Position numbers and translations under genes: made by a program
Shown here: positions 10,064 to 20,379 of the stretch, piece after piece
Layout: the number at the start of each line of letters is the position of its first letter
Position numbering within the stretch: position 1 is the first letter of the stretch
The notes under the pieces: generated by a model
Databases searched by the model: none
Told to the model about the DNA's origin: nothing
Seen by the model: only the letters and a program-made list of their open reading frames with translations
Origin: Flavobacteriales bacterium
Lineage (GTDB): Bacteria; Bacteroidota; Bacteroidia; Palsa-965
Direction: 5' to 3'
DNA: 64,000 bases
Assembly (NCBI GenBank): GCA_040377305.1
Contig: JBEIPA010000012.1
Coordinates: forward strand, 1 to 64,000

Positions 10064-10624
10064 TCACAGGTCTTCCAGGTTACCCGTGCGCTTCTTTTTC
10101 ATCTGCTTGAAGAATGTGGGTGACAAACCGGTAATCTTTTTGAACTGATTAGAGAGATGGGCCACGCTGCTGTAGTGCAGTTTGTAAGCGATTTCGGTCA
10201 GTGTAAGTTCATCGTAAAGCAACAGCTCCTTCACGCGTTCAATCTTATTGATGATGATGAATTGCTGTATAGTAATCCCTTTCACCTCAGAAAAAATGTT
10301 TGAAAGGTAGGTGTAATCCAATCCCAGTTTTTCGCTGATGTAGTCTGAAAAATTTGTAGTTGGAATTTCATCCGAATAGTGGATCATTTCGGTAATGGCA
10401 ATTTTTATGCGCTCTACAAGTATGCTTCGGTGATCGTCGAGCAGTTCAAGGCCGGATTTTTTAAGGTTAACCTTCAACTGCTCACGAAGCGCCTCATCAA
10501 CATCTTCCAGCATTTCAACCATGCCGAGATCTACGATTGCATACTTGATGCCCAAATTTGTCAGTTCCTGCTTAACGAACATTTTGCATCGCAAGCTGAC
10601 CATGTATTTGATGTAGAGCTTCAT
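10064..10624 (-). CDS. AraC-family transcriptional regulator
   Basis: MKLYIKYMVSLRC; C-terminal HTH YSSVAHLSNQFKKITGLSP. Confidence 0.9.
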   Translation of the reverse strand: MKLYIKYMVSLRCKMFVKQELTNLGIKYAIVDLGMVEMLEDVDEALREQLKVNLKKSGLELLDDHRSILVERIKIAITEMIHYSDEIPTTNFSDYISEKLGLDYTYLSNIFSEVKGITIQQFIIINKIERVKELLLYDELTLTEIAYKLHYSSVAHLSNQFKKITGLSPTFFKQMKKKRTGNLEDL

Positions 10625-10861
10625 TGAAGAATACGTGTGATGATAACTCCTTGTACGATGAAATCTGAAAAATCAGCTGCCTAAGACGGGCAGCGATAAC
10701 CTGTACTGCTTTTATGAAAGGACTACTCAAATGTTCAACCGGATATTGAACACATTTTCGCTGTGCAGGTGTACTCTAAAGATAGTTCAAATGCAGACGG
10801 GAATAACGTGGAATTTGACCGTGTTTGCACCATAATTCGCTACAGGAATTTGAAAAGGCCT

Positions 10862-11767
10862 TTAGTTCCAGTAGGTGAATTTTCTTTCCTTCACATAAAT
10901 GAGTTTTCCGTTTCTGTATTCTGTTCGTTGAATCCAGTTTCCAATCTTGTCATACTCATACTTGTATGTCCACGATTCGCAACTGATGCTGTTTTCCTGA
11001 CAGATTTCGTAACGAACAGCATCGTGTGTCCCTTCAAATTTATACACGTAGTTCAGGTAATTGAATTCTGATTTATCGAATAGTTCCTCCTTTACTTTAT
11101 TCCCAAGACTATCGTAGCTCAAAAGTACGTAGCCTATCAGTTTGCCGTTTTGTGTGTACGACCAGTATTTGGTGACGTTTCCGGTCGAATCAAACTCCCG
11201 TGATGGTAATTGTGTATGCGGAAATCCATTCTTTGGAAGAAAATATTCGTAGGCTTTCCCATTAAGTGCGTACGAATACGTATAGGCAACAGAATTTGTT
11301 TGATCACTGTAGTCTACGTATCGTGCAAGTAATCGACCGGAACTATCGAGTGTATTCCAGTAATGAGTGGATGAAATCAGTCCTCCAAACTTGCTCACAA
11401 TTCTTACTTGCGCAAGCTGGTTGTAGCCGTCGTATGTGTAGTAATGTTTGCGCTTGATAGATTCACCATCAATATCGAATTCAATCTTGAGAAGCTTTTT
11501 GCCGAGAGAGTCATATTGAATCTCGAAATCATTGCCCGTGTTCGGTGGACGCTTGTGAACGGTTTTGTCGATATATCCTTCCCGACCTTTTGCACGATAG
11601 CATTGCTCATTGCAGGATTTCACCCGGCCTTTGAAGAATCTGTAATTGGGTTCTTCTTGCGCGCTTAATGAAACGCTTTCCATTATAACTATCGCAGTCA
11701 GAATCAACTGAAGTCTCATTGAGCTTAATGTAATGGTACGCTGAAAGGACGGAAAATGCTGACTCAA
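10862..11767 (-). CDS. Secreted protein with YD-like repeats
   Basis: KGRVKS N-terminus, repeated YD..G units, YEYDKIGNWIQR..ERKFTY C-terminus. Confidence 0.7.
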   Translation of the reverse strand: MSQHFPSFQRTITLSSMRLQLILTAIVIMESVSLSAQEEPNYRFFKGRVKSCNEQCYRAKGREGYIDKTVHKRPPNTGNDFEIQYDSLGKKLLKIEFDIDGESIKRKHYYTYDGYNQLAQVRIVSKFGGLISSTHYWNTLDSSGRLLARYVDYSDQTNSVAYTYSYALNGKAYEYFLPKNGFPHTQLPSREFDSTGNVTKYWSYTQNGKLIGYVLLSYDSLGNKVKEELFDKSEFNYLNYVYKFEGTHDAVRYEICQENSISCESWTYKYEYDKIGNWIQRTEYRNGKLIYVKERKFTYWN

Positions 11768-11824
11768 ACGGATTACTTGCTCTGTATTAAGATCGGATCA
11801 TTATATCATTGAATCATCCTATCA

Positions 11825-12277
11825 TCATTCAATATTCTTCAGCTCTTCCCAGTGGTAACCTTCGTCTTCCTGCATTTCATCGAGCCATCCGTGGAAAATC
11901 TTGATGCCTTTGTCGGAGCGGGCAATGTAGAAGTAATCTCCACCACCGGCATACCAACAGCCGCAGGAAGCAATTGCATCCTTGGGAACTTCCATTTCCT
12001 CATTTCCGCCGAGCTGAACTTCTGCAACACCAATTATCTCATTGAGGAATGTTCTCGATTCATTGTACTCCACAGATACTTTTGAGTGAGGAATTTCCAT
12101 AGAGTCTTCATACGTATCAACAATGAAACGTGCGTTGTCTTGCTTTTCCTGTAACGTGGGTTCAGAATTAGCGAGGGGCATAATTGCAGAATCATCATTC
12201 GGTGATTTTGCTTCCGGCGTACCACAACTAACAGCAATTAATGCGATTCCGGAAATCAGGAGGCTAAAAGTTTTCAT
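11825..12277 (-). CDS. Hypothetical lipoprotein
   Basis: Lipobox AVSC. Confidence 0.7.
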   Translation of the reverse strand: MKTFSLLISGIALIAVSCGTPEAKSPNDDSAIMPLANSEPTLQEKQDNARFIVDTYEDSMEIPHSKVSVEYNESRTFLNEIIGVAEVQLGGNEEMEVPKDAIASCGCWYAGGGDYFYIARSDKGIKIFHGWLDEMQEDEGYHWEELKNIE

Positions 12278-12330
12278 AATCAGCGATTAAAATGAGAAAA
12301 TACAGAGTAAGATAGCGAAGATCAGGATTA

Positions 12331-12792
12331 TTACCAACGAACTTCCTTGATCATGTAAATCACGACAACCGCAAGCGTAAATACGATTGAGAAAGTGAAA
12401 TTGAATGACGTAGAAAGTATTTTCTTCCAGTGCAGCAGGAATACCGTAAGTGGCGCGACAATGAATCCAATGTAATTACCCAGGATTAATCCGTCGTAGT
12501 ATGGACTGCAACCGACGCAATCAGAAATTCCGAGATATTGCACGTCGCAGATGATGAACGCCCAATAAACCATCTGCTGAACATTCAGGAAAATGACGAG
12601 CGCAAATATTACATAGAAGAATCCCAGCGTCGTCGCACGATGCTTTATCAGGAACGTTGCAAGTGTAAGTAACCCGGCGACTATCATTGCGATTTGAGGA
12701 ATCTTTTTCAGATGTAGCTGAAGGCTGACTGGAAGGACCATCAGCGTAGCTGCAATGATTATGATCAGGACTATGCGGAACGTTGAATTCAA
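12331..12792 (-). CDS. Membrane protein
   Basis: Multiple TM segments. Confidence 0.6.
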   Translation of the reverse strand: MNSTFRIVLIIIIAATLMVLPVSLQLHLKKIPQIAMIVAGLLTLATFLIKHRATTLGFFYVIFALVIFLNVQQMVYWAFIICDVQYLGISDCVGCSPYYDGLILGNYIGFIVAPLTVFLLHWKKILSTSFNFTFSIVFTLAVVVIYMIKEVRW

Positions 12793-12806
12793 ATGGAAAC
12801 GAGTGA

Positions 12807-14315
12807 TTATCGGATTACGCTAACTCGAATAGTAACTTCTGACCTTTCACTTTGAACTCTCAGTAAATACATTCCTTCTGCGAATTCCGAAACATCGATC
12901 GAGCGTTCACCAGCGGAAAGTGTCTTCGTAAGAACAACCTCTCCCGAAATTGAAAGTATAGTGACCGTTGTGCCCGGGGTTACGCCAGTGAGAAAAATAA
13001 TATCACGCACCGGATTCGGGTATGCAGAAATTTTCGGCTGCGTATTTACCATCGACAAGCCGAGCGTGTTTCCATCCTGATATGCCCAAATTGTATCGCG
13101 GAAAACGCCACCAGTAATAGCAACGTAACCTAAACGAGGAGATGAAGATGGATTCAACGCAGCAGTAATGAGTGGATTTCCATTTCCTGTGCCGCTCGTG
13201 GGTGAGATGCTAATCCACGAATCAGGAGTCGTTGCATTCCATGTTGCCCAACTGTAATACGTGAGTGCCGCGTTTTGCCCGCCACCAACTTCTGCGTAGT
13301 ATAAAGTGTCAGGAGTTACACCGAGCGGAGAAGCTTCCTGTAGCACAACAATGGTGTCAACATCATTCGCGTTCTGAACGTAAATGTATCCGTAACGAAC
13401 AGGTCCATTGTTCACCGGTGTTGTGAATGTGGCTCCGTCTGCGTAAGCGAAATAGCCTGGTGCTCCAGTTGAGAGATTGGGTGTAATCCAGGTGTCGGGA
13501 CTTGAAGCCGTCCAATTGAGCGTTGATGTGAATTCGAATGCGGTTACGGAACTTCCGGCTGCACCAACAACAATTGTATCAACGCTGGTTTCAAGATCAC
13601 CGGCAAGCGGACGAATCATGAACATGAAATTTCCGGGTGTGAATGTTCCAGCAGGATTTACAACACTGTTGATTGCATAATAATTGTTGTAAGTGCCGCT
13701 CCACCCGAAGTTCATGTGAAAGTTGTCGGATGTATCGTAGCCATCAATGAGGTAGAAGTGATTTCCTCCTTTGGCAAAAACCGGACGACCCGCATCGAGC
13801 TCGAATTTAATTGCATCAATGAGTTCCTGTGTTGTAGAGAACAGGAATGTTGCGGTAGAATAGATTCGTGGGGAATACCAGTAGTACCGTTTGAGAACTT
13901 CGGAACTGAAAAACGAATTCGAGCTGGTACCGCTGTACATCATATCGCAGGCTGCACCTAAATGCCACATCAGTTTTGCAACTTCTACATTCGCCGAGGT
14001 AACGTTGGTCGGCATGGCAGCGTAGTTGTATGTCTGGGCAGAATAGTTGATACACTGCGTTGGTAAATTCGTATTGCAATGACTTCCGGTTCCTGATGCA
14101 GGCCATGAATAATATTTGCAGATCATCGCCATTGCAGTAGCGTTGCATCCTGTGTACGCGCGACCGCATGAGCCACCTACACCAACAACAGGACAAGAGT
14201 CGTTATAGTAGCAGGTTTGATTCCACGTTGTAGTAATGAACGGTGCAACTTGTGCTCTAGCAGTAAGCGAGAAGAAGAATGCGAAAAAGCAAGCGAGCAG
14301 GGTAGAGGTGCGCAT
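12807..14315 (-). CDS. C10 (streptopain-like) cysteine peptidase with BACON-like domains and a T9SS CTD
   Basis: TTWNQ, TGCNATAMA (Cys), NHFYLIDGY (His), FHMNFGWSG; YPNP..GMYLL CTD. Confidence 0.88.
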   Translation of the reverse strand: MRTSTLLACFFAFFFSLTARAQVAPFITTTWNQTCYYNDSCPVVGVGGSCGRAYTGCNATAMAMICKYYSWPASGTGSHCNTNLPTQCINYSAQTYNYAAMPTNVTSANVEVAKLMWHLGAACDMMYSGTSSNSFFSSEVLKRYYWYSPRIYSTATFLFSTTQELIDAIKFELDAGRPVFAKGGNHFYLIDGYDTSDNFHMNFGWSGTYNNYYAINSVVNPAGTFTPGNFMFMIRPLAGDLETSVDTIVVGAAGSSVTAFEFTSTLNWTASSPDTWITPNLSTGAPGYFAYADGATFTTPVNNGPVRYGYIYVQNANDVDTIVVLQEASPLGVTPDTLYYAEVGGGQNAALTYYSWATWNATTPDSWISISPTSGTGNGNPLITAALNPSSSPRLGYVAITGGVFRDTIWAYQDGNTLGLSMVNTQPKISAYPNPVRDIIFLTGVTPGTTVTILSISGEVVLTKTLSAGERSIDVSEFAEGMYLLRVQSERSEVTIRVSVIR

Positions 14316-14545
14316 GAAACGGGGGTAATGGTTTGCAACTGAAAGTTAGGGAAAAGTTCAGAGACATGCGCTCCTTCCGTTTACCCGATTTTCTGTGCGT
14401 TTCCGATTCCGTTATTGATTATTTTCCGCTCATTACGCGGTTGACTCGAATCCTTTTATTGTGGGGAAAGTGCTGCAGAAGCAGACGCGAGGAAAAAAAG
14501 AGTCGATTTCCTGTGGACTCTACTCTAAGAAAGCAGTGTGTTGTA

Positions 14546-15733
14546 TTATTTGGGAAGCCGAATAATAAACTCCGTGCCCTTGCCAACTTCGCTTTCGACT
14601 TCAATGAAACCTTCGAGCGCATCAACGTGTGTCTTTACCATATAAAGACCAAGTCCTTTTCCTTCTGCCTGGTCGGTAAAGCGTTTGTACAATCCAAAGA
14701 TATTCGCTCCGTGTTTACGTAGATCGATTCCAATGCCATTGTCGGATACCCGGATTACCGTATAATTTCCTTCGATGTAAGATTGAATTTTCACCATCGG
14801 TATTTCACCGGGTTTTGAATACTTCAATGCATTGGTCAGTAGATTCTGAAAAATGCTCTGCATATAAGATCGAACGCTATGTATAACCGGCGCATCGTCA
14901 AATTCATACATGATCATTGCGCCTTTCTCAGCGATCATTCCGGAGATACTGGATTCGATATCCTGTATGAGTTTTTCGAGATTGATTTCATCGCGTGAGC
15001 CGGCGTCAGCTTTTCGGATTTGCAGCACGTCATTCAGATCGCGGATTACGTTCTCGAGTTTTTCTGCTGAGGTGTTAATGCCACGCAATGCGGTTGTTCT
15101 GTCTGTTTCGCTGAGATCAAGACTCAAAAGCCTATTCAAACCCATGATATTTGCCAGCGGAGAACGGATATTATGCGCTACAATATTCGCAAACTGTTCA
15201 AGATCGCGATTGCGGCGAAGCAGGTTAGCTACTACTTCATCTTCACCTTCTGGTCGAACCGCGGTTAATACTGTTCCGCTCGGCAATCGCGTTCCAATGC
15301 AAAGCGCAAGAGCTTCGTCACTTGATTCCGGATGAGATGCCGGGGTAAGTTCCCACAATGTATTTTGTATGGGATTACCCGACCTGGCTTGCATGCCCAA
15401 TTGTAAGCTGCTGATTGTTTTTCCGATCAAACAAAGCGTCAGTGCATCGCGCAAACGTTCGAGATCTTCCTGAACGATAATGTCTATATAGTGTAACGGA
15501 CGATCGGGCGCCTGTTCGCCAAACATTTCGAGCAATGATTCTGTATAATACAGCACATTGCCTTTGCTATCGAGGACCGCAGCAACAAACAATCTGGATT
15601 GCTGTATTTCCTTTGGAACGAGAGAAGCAAATTTTTGAGCCTGAATCATGAAAGGGGATGCGCGGACAGCATCCAAATGTAAGCAATCCTCATGGGTTAC
15701 ATTGTTACGTATAGAAAATGCGAGACTTAACAT
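14546..15733 (-). CDS. Sensor histidine kinase with a PAS-like N-terminus
   Basis: AHNIRSPL, NALKY, DNGIG and GKGLGL. Confidence 0.88.
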   Translation of the reverse strand: MLSLAFSIRNNVTHEDCLHLDAVRASPFMIQAQKFASLVPKEIQQSRLFVAAVLDSKGNVLYYTESLLEMFGEQAPDRPLHYIDIIVQEDLERLRDALTLCLIGKTISSLQLGMQARSGNPIQNTLWELTPASHPESSDEALALCIGTRLPSGTVLTAVRPEGEDEVVANLLRRNRDLEQFANIVAHNIRSPLANIMGLNRLLSLDLSETDRTTALRGINTSAEKLENVIRDLNDVLQIRKADAGSRDEINLEKLIQDIESSISGMIAEKGAMIMYEFDDAPVIHSVRSYMQSIFQNLLTNALKYSKPGEIPMVKIQSYIEGNYTVIRVSDNGIGIDLRKHGANIFGLYKRFTDQAEGKGLGLYMVKTHVDALEGFIEVESEVGKGTEFIIRLPK

Positions 15734-16758
15734 GAAAGAGACCCGGGCTTGATTCCAAGGATCAGCACATCATCAGTTTGTTCATTCTGATTCTTCCAGT
15801 CCTGAAAGAAGGTTTCCGTGCGCTTCTTTTGATCCGAAGTCGTGAAAAAACGTAGAGCGCTTAAGAACTGTTCGAAATTGCGAGAACCGATTTTTTTGTT
15901 CTGGGGACCACCGAATTGATCGGCAAATCCATCAGAACCGAGGTAAAACATATCATTTACGCCGTATTTAATGCGGTGTTGCTTGAATTCTGCAGAAATT
16001 GGAGAGTGAATGCCGATTGAATATAAATCGCCTTTTACTTTCATAAACTCACCATTCACAAATCCACATAAAGGACGACGTGCTCCTGCAAAATCAATTG
16101 TTCCTGCAGCAGGATCAATGCTGATTACTGCGATATCCATACCGTCTTTAATTGCATCAGCACCATCAATATTGTTTTCGAACATGCGGTGAATACGCAG
16201 ATTTACATGTTTGAGGATCTCAGCAGGTTCTGTAATGTTCTTCTCATTCACGACACTATTAAGAATGTCGTTGCCAATGATTGATAACAATGCAGCCGGA
16301 ACACCATGACCCGTACAGTCAGCCACCGCCAGAATAACACGGTTGAAGCGAACAGAGTACCAGAAAAAGTCGCCGCTTACAATATCTTTCGGAGCGCTGT
16401 AAACGAAACAATCCATTACTCGCTTTAAAGAGTGTTCTCCGGGTAACAGGGCTTTCTGAATCTGACTTGCATAACGGATGCTGCTGCACATTTCTGTAGT
16501 ATATTCTTTCAGCGCACCGAACACTTCATTTACTGCGCTTGCAACTTTCTTCGTGTTGTTTTGAGAATCGCTACCGTACGCTTCACCTAGTTTTTCTTTC
16601 AGCAAGTGCGCTTCAGACGTTTTGATGATTTCAAATTGTGTAAGCTCTGATGTGGTTGCCGGAAAGTTGATCAGGCCATTATCAGAATCAGTAAACAAGT
16701 TGGTTTGTTTGTTGTTTTTATCGGGAGTTGTATTCTGGAGAAATTCTAGAGTATTCAT
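15727..16758 (-). CDS. SpoIIE/PP2C-family phosphatase
   Basis: VSGDFFW, ADCTGHGVPAA, DGMD, SDGFADQFGG and QTDDVL. Confidence 0.9.
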   Translation of the reverse strand: MNTLEFLQNTTPDKNNKQTNLFTDSDNGLINFPATTSELTQFEIIKTSEAHLLKEKLGEAYGSDSQNNTKKVASAVNEVFGALKEYTTEMCSSIRYASQIQKALLPGEHSLKRVMDCFVYSAPKDIVSGDFFWYSVRFNRVILAVADCTGHGVPAALLSIIGNDILNSVVNEKNITEPAEILKHVNLRIHRMFENNIDGADAIKDGMDIAVISIDPAAGTIDFAGARRPLCGFVNGEFMKVKGDLYSIGIHSPISAEFKQHRIKYGVNDMFYLGSDGFADQFGGPQNKKIGSRNFEQFLSALRFFTTSDQKKRTETFFQDWKNQNEQTDDVLILGIKPGSLSC

Positions 16759-16795
16759 GGGATTTGGGTTTAGAGGTTTGGGTTTGTTCGGTAAA

Positions 16796-18115
16796 TTACT
16801 GAGCGATGATTGTTGTGCTGTTTGCAGTTCCGTTTGCGTACACCACGGTTACGATGTAAGCTCCGGGAGCAGGCAACTCGTATGTTGCAACTGAATCGTT
16901 TTGTCTCTCGTTTGCAACAACAGTTCCATTAACAGAAACGATGGTTACAGTTGAAGAAGTTGCTTCAGATAAGTCAACCATTAATCGCGAATTACTTACA
17001 GTGAATCGTGTTGTGTTGCGGAATGATTCAAGCGCATTTCCAAGGTTTGGATTACCGTTTCCTACTTCGCCCATTGGACCGTGACCGTGACCTGAACCGT
17101 TACCCGATGCAGTTGAAGAAGATGCAACGTCGATGTAATCGTAATTGCTTGCTGTGCATCCGTTCTCATCTGAGATCGTAAGAGTTGCCATGTAGATGCC
17201 AGGTGTGTTGTACTGGTGAATCACATCGCCGCCCATGTTCGTGCTGTCTCCATCACCAAAATGCCAAGAGTAGTTGTATGCGTTTGTAGTAACATCGAAG
17301 AATGTAACTGTGTCGCCTTCAACAATTGAGTTGTAATCTGCGTAGAAGTCTGCGATCAAAGGTGTTCCGCCTGCGATTGTGATATCAGAAGAGTCAACCG
17401 GAATTCCATTGATGCGAACTACAGAAACATAATTTCCTGCTGCGAGGCCAGTTACCAGTGTGTCGGTTCCGGTTACAATCGAGTTGTAAAGCGGAGTACC
17501 ATTCAACGTAAGTTCATGGGTGAATCCTGGCGTGTTAGCTTGTACATAAAGACCGCCATCGTATGCTTCGTAACACGTTTCATCAGTTACCGTGTTTGAA
17601 ACCGGAAGGCCGATATGAATAAGGTAGTTAGCCGCGAAGTTGATGTTCTCGCTTACGTCAAGCTTAACAGTGTCAAGCAGATTGAAGTGCTCGCCAGTCA
17701 GAATATTTTCGATCCACGCATATCCGGGAGTTGCAACTGCGGGACTGCTTGAGGTCAGGACCACGTAGATTTTTACATCACCGGTATCTTTTGTAAGGAC
17801 ACCAAATGGAACTGTTACGTGTGTAGTAAGTGCTGGACGGCAGTCGTATGAAGTGAGTTCGAAACCATCTGATGTAAGTGTGAAGGGATACATCTCCGTA
17901 TTATAGTTGCCGATTGTGCTTGCATTGCCGGCATCAGGGTATGAAAGGGCATTATCACCATTTGGGTCAAACCCGATTACGATAGGTGAATGTGCTTGTG
18001 CCGGATTGTTCGAGTTTTCTGTAAGGTAAATCTTTACAGTAGAGGTTTGCGCTTGTGCAACCAGTGTAGAGAGTACCAGTGTTAAGATTGCGAGGGTAGA
18101 AGTAAGCGTTTTCAT
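16796..18115 (-). CDS. Secreted PKD-domain protein with a T9SS-like CTD
   Basis: Signal peptide; YSWHFGDG PKD motif; PGAYIV C-terminus. Confidence 0.8.
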   Translation of the reverse strand: MKTLTSTLAILTLVLSTLVAQAQTSTVKIYLTENSNNPAQAHSPIVIGFDPNGDNALSYPDAGNASTIGNYNTEMYPFTLTSDGFELTSYDCRPALTTHVTVPFGVLTKDTGDVKIYVVLTSSSPAVATPGYAWIENILTGEHFNLLDTVKLDVSENINFAANYLIHIGLPVSNTVTDETCYEAYDGGLYVQANTPGFTHELTLNGTPLYNSIVTGTDTLVTGLAAGNYVSVVRINGIPVDSSDITIAGGTPLIADFYADYNSIVEGDTVTFFDVTTNAYNYSWHFGDGDSTNMGGDVIHQYNTPGIYMATLTISDENGCTASNYDYIDVASSSTASGNGSGHGHGPMGEVGNGNPNLGNALESFRNTTRFTVSNSRLMVDLSEATSSTVTIVSVNGTVVANERQNDSVATYELPAPGAYIVTVVYANGTANSTTIIAQ

Positions 18116-18394
18116 ATAGGGTTATTGTTAGGGTTACTTTGTTTTTGTTTACTGAAGCAAACCTACGGCGATGGCATGCGGAGGGTAAACCACATTAAAC
18201 CATGTCCTTGCCTGTGTAAGATTTTGAAGGTTTTTGTAGCAGGAAATGAGGGTGTATGGCGCGATTCACTGAGTGAACGGTAGAAATCCCCATTGGGAAT
18301 CGCATAGTATCGAATTCACTGTCTGATTATCGAAGTTTCCTTGCTGGTTATCTGGAAGTTGTATCTTTGCCCTTCATCAAATCCGGGGGGATAT

Positions 18395-18826
18395 ATGCTG
18401 AACAAACCGAAAACTACCGAGCCGGTAGTACTATTAATAGACGATAACGATATCGACAACTTCATCAACGAACGTATGGTGAAGGGATGTGGTTACGCAG
18501 ACGTTGTCTATATTAACACGAGTACACGAAGTGCTCTTGAATTTCTGAAGAACTTATCGGTGAATCCTACGGCAACAGCTGAGATGTTTCCTTCGGTAAT
18601 ATTTCTCGATATCAACATGCCGATACTGGATGGATTTCAGTTTCTCGCAGAACTTGAGAAGTTTGATTACGATTTCGTGAAAAAAGTTCGTGTGGTCATG
18701 CTTACGAGTTCTATCAATCCTGCTGATCAGGAGAAGGCGTTGAAATCAAAACTCGTTTGCGGATTCCTGCACAAACCACTCACACAGGATGCGTTGAAGC
18801 AAATCGCTTCTGCTCAAATTGCGTAA
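18395..18826 (+). CDS. Single-domain response regulator
   Basis: LLIDDN, IFLDINMP, MLTSS and KPL; TATCTTTG at 18362 supports the ATG at 18395. Confidence 0.88.
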   Translation: MLNKPKTTEPVVLLIDDNDIDNFINERMVKGCGYADVVYINTSTRSALEFLKNLSVNPTATAEMFPSVIFLDINMPILDGFQFLAELEKFDYDFVKKVRVVMLTSSINPADQEKALKSKLVCGFLHKPLTQDALKQIASAQIA

Positions 18827-18846
18827 ATAATTAACCCCTTACGTTT

Positions 18847-20274
18847 GTGTTGCACAAAGTCGTTATTCAGCTTGAAGCGGGTATCTACGGAAAGCTCAAA
18901 GAAGATTTCACTGCGAATCGCGGAGAGAAGATGCTTCAGCTCATGGAGCTTTATCGGAGTTCAGAGCCCGACACTGAAATCACAGCGAAACAGCTGGATA
19001 TAAATTCTACTTCCTTCTATACGCTTAAATCCAGACTGCAGGATAAAGTACAACGTGCTCTATTTGAGAATGCGTCTGACGTGTATGCCGATCTCCTGAA
19101 AAATCTAGCATCGATTCCTTATCTCGTTAACAACACACCGCGTGAAAGCGCCATTTTGTTGCTGGAATACCTCGCAGACGAACTGAAGAAAGCTGATCAG
19201 CCTGCAGAGCTTGCACAAGTGTATGCAGCGATGAAGGAAATGCACTCGTGGAGCCAGGATTATTACCATTATCAGCAACTCTATAATAAGTGTATTGCTT
19301 ACGCACTCGCCATTGAAAAAGCTCAGGAAACACGCACCCATTTTACACGCGAGTGCGCAATCTTTTGTTTAACGCATGCGCCGACCAATGATGTACTGCG
19401 TTTATATGTGAAGGAACTGAATAACACCAGCCGGGTTTATGAATCGCACCGGATTGGCTTGTACCGTCATACTGCAGAAGTTACGTACGCTTTGTTCGTA
19501 GATGAGAATCGCGACATTCCGGGAACTGATCTCACCGTTGAAGAAACCCTTGCAAGACTGAAGGAGATTATTGACGAGCACGGAGATGACCGGAATTACC
19601 GTTACGCGGCTGATATCTGGCAGTTCCTGAATTATGAATATTACACGTCGCTCGGACTTCATAAAAACGCAAATACATTTTTCGACGCATTGGTGAAGAA
19701 TGAGTTTCGATTGCTGTACCGCAGTCATCGTTCCCTCACCAGCCATATTCTGATTTCTGCCTTTGAACGTATTGCAAACGACAGCGCACTTACCGACAAA
19801 GTACTATCATGGATTCCGGAGGCGGACAATTATAATGTCTTTGTTCGTGTGAACTACATTCTGTTCCGTGCAGGTATTGCTATGCATCGCGGCGAATATG
19901 CAGAAGCTTCTGCTATGCTGAATGATTTCCTGAACGAGGTTTCTCTGAAAAACTATTTCGTGGCGGAATACAATATCAAGTTCCTGCACGTACTCGCTCT
20001 TTTGTGTGCAGAGAAAACAGAGCAAGCCGAAATTCAACTCAGAAGCATTTCACGCAAACTTGCTTCCACCGAAGGAAAAGAAGCCTTGCACAGTGGCGTC
20101 AATGAATTTCTCAATCTGTTCAAGGTTGCGATGTCGAACAAAGGCGGCGATCGCAAAGTGAAACTCACCGAAGCAGCCGACGCATTGAACAAAGTGCGCA
20201 AGCAAGGGAAAGTTTGTTTACCGCATATCAAGATCACAGAGAATGTGGTTGCTGCGTTGACGAAGCTGCTTTAA
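18847..20274 (+). CDS. Large all-helical, TPR-like hypothetical protein
   Basis: 475-aa ORF; N-terminal FYTLKSRL segment; resembles 43397-44866. Confidence 0.75.
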   Translation: MLHKVVIQLEAGIYGKLKEDFTANRGEKMLQLMELYRSSEPDTEITAKQLDINSTSFYTLKSRLQDKVQRALFENASDVYADLLKNLASIPYLVNNTPRESAILLLEYLADELKKADQPAELAQVYAAMKEMHSWSQDYYHYQQLYNKCIAYALAIEKAQETRTHFTRECAIFCLTHAPTNDVLRLYVKELNNTSRVYESHRIGLYRHTAEVTYALFVDENRDIPGTDLTVEETLARLKEIIDEHGDDRNYRYAADIWQFLNYEYYTSLGLHKNANTFFDALVKNEFRLLYRSHRSLTSHILISAFERIANDSALTDKVLSWIPEADNYNVFVRVNYILFRAGIAMHRGEYAEASAMLNDFLNEVSLKNYFVAEYNIKFLHVLALLCAEKTEQAEIQLRSISRKLASTEGKEALHSGVNEFLNLFKVAMSNKGGDRKVKLTEAADALNKVRKQGKVCLPHIKITENVVAALTKLL

Positions 20275-20379
20275 AGCGATTTGCTGATTTCCGATTTTCG
20301 ATTGTGTTTATTATTAGCTGCGTGCTTACATCAGCTTTAAGAAACCAAAAATCAGCTAACCAAATAGCACATTAGCAGT

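Noticed and set aside
10862-11767. Rhs toxin
   Set aside because: Only a few YD-like units, a signal peptide, no Rhs core motif and no toxin tip.
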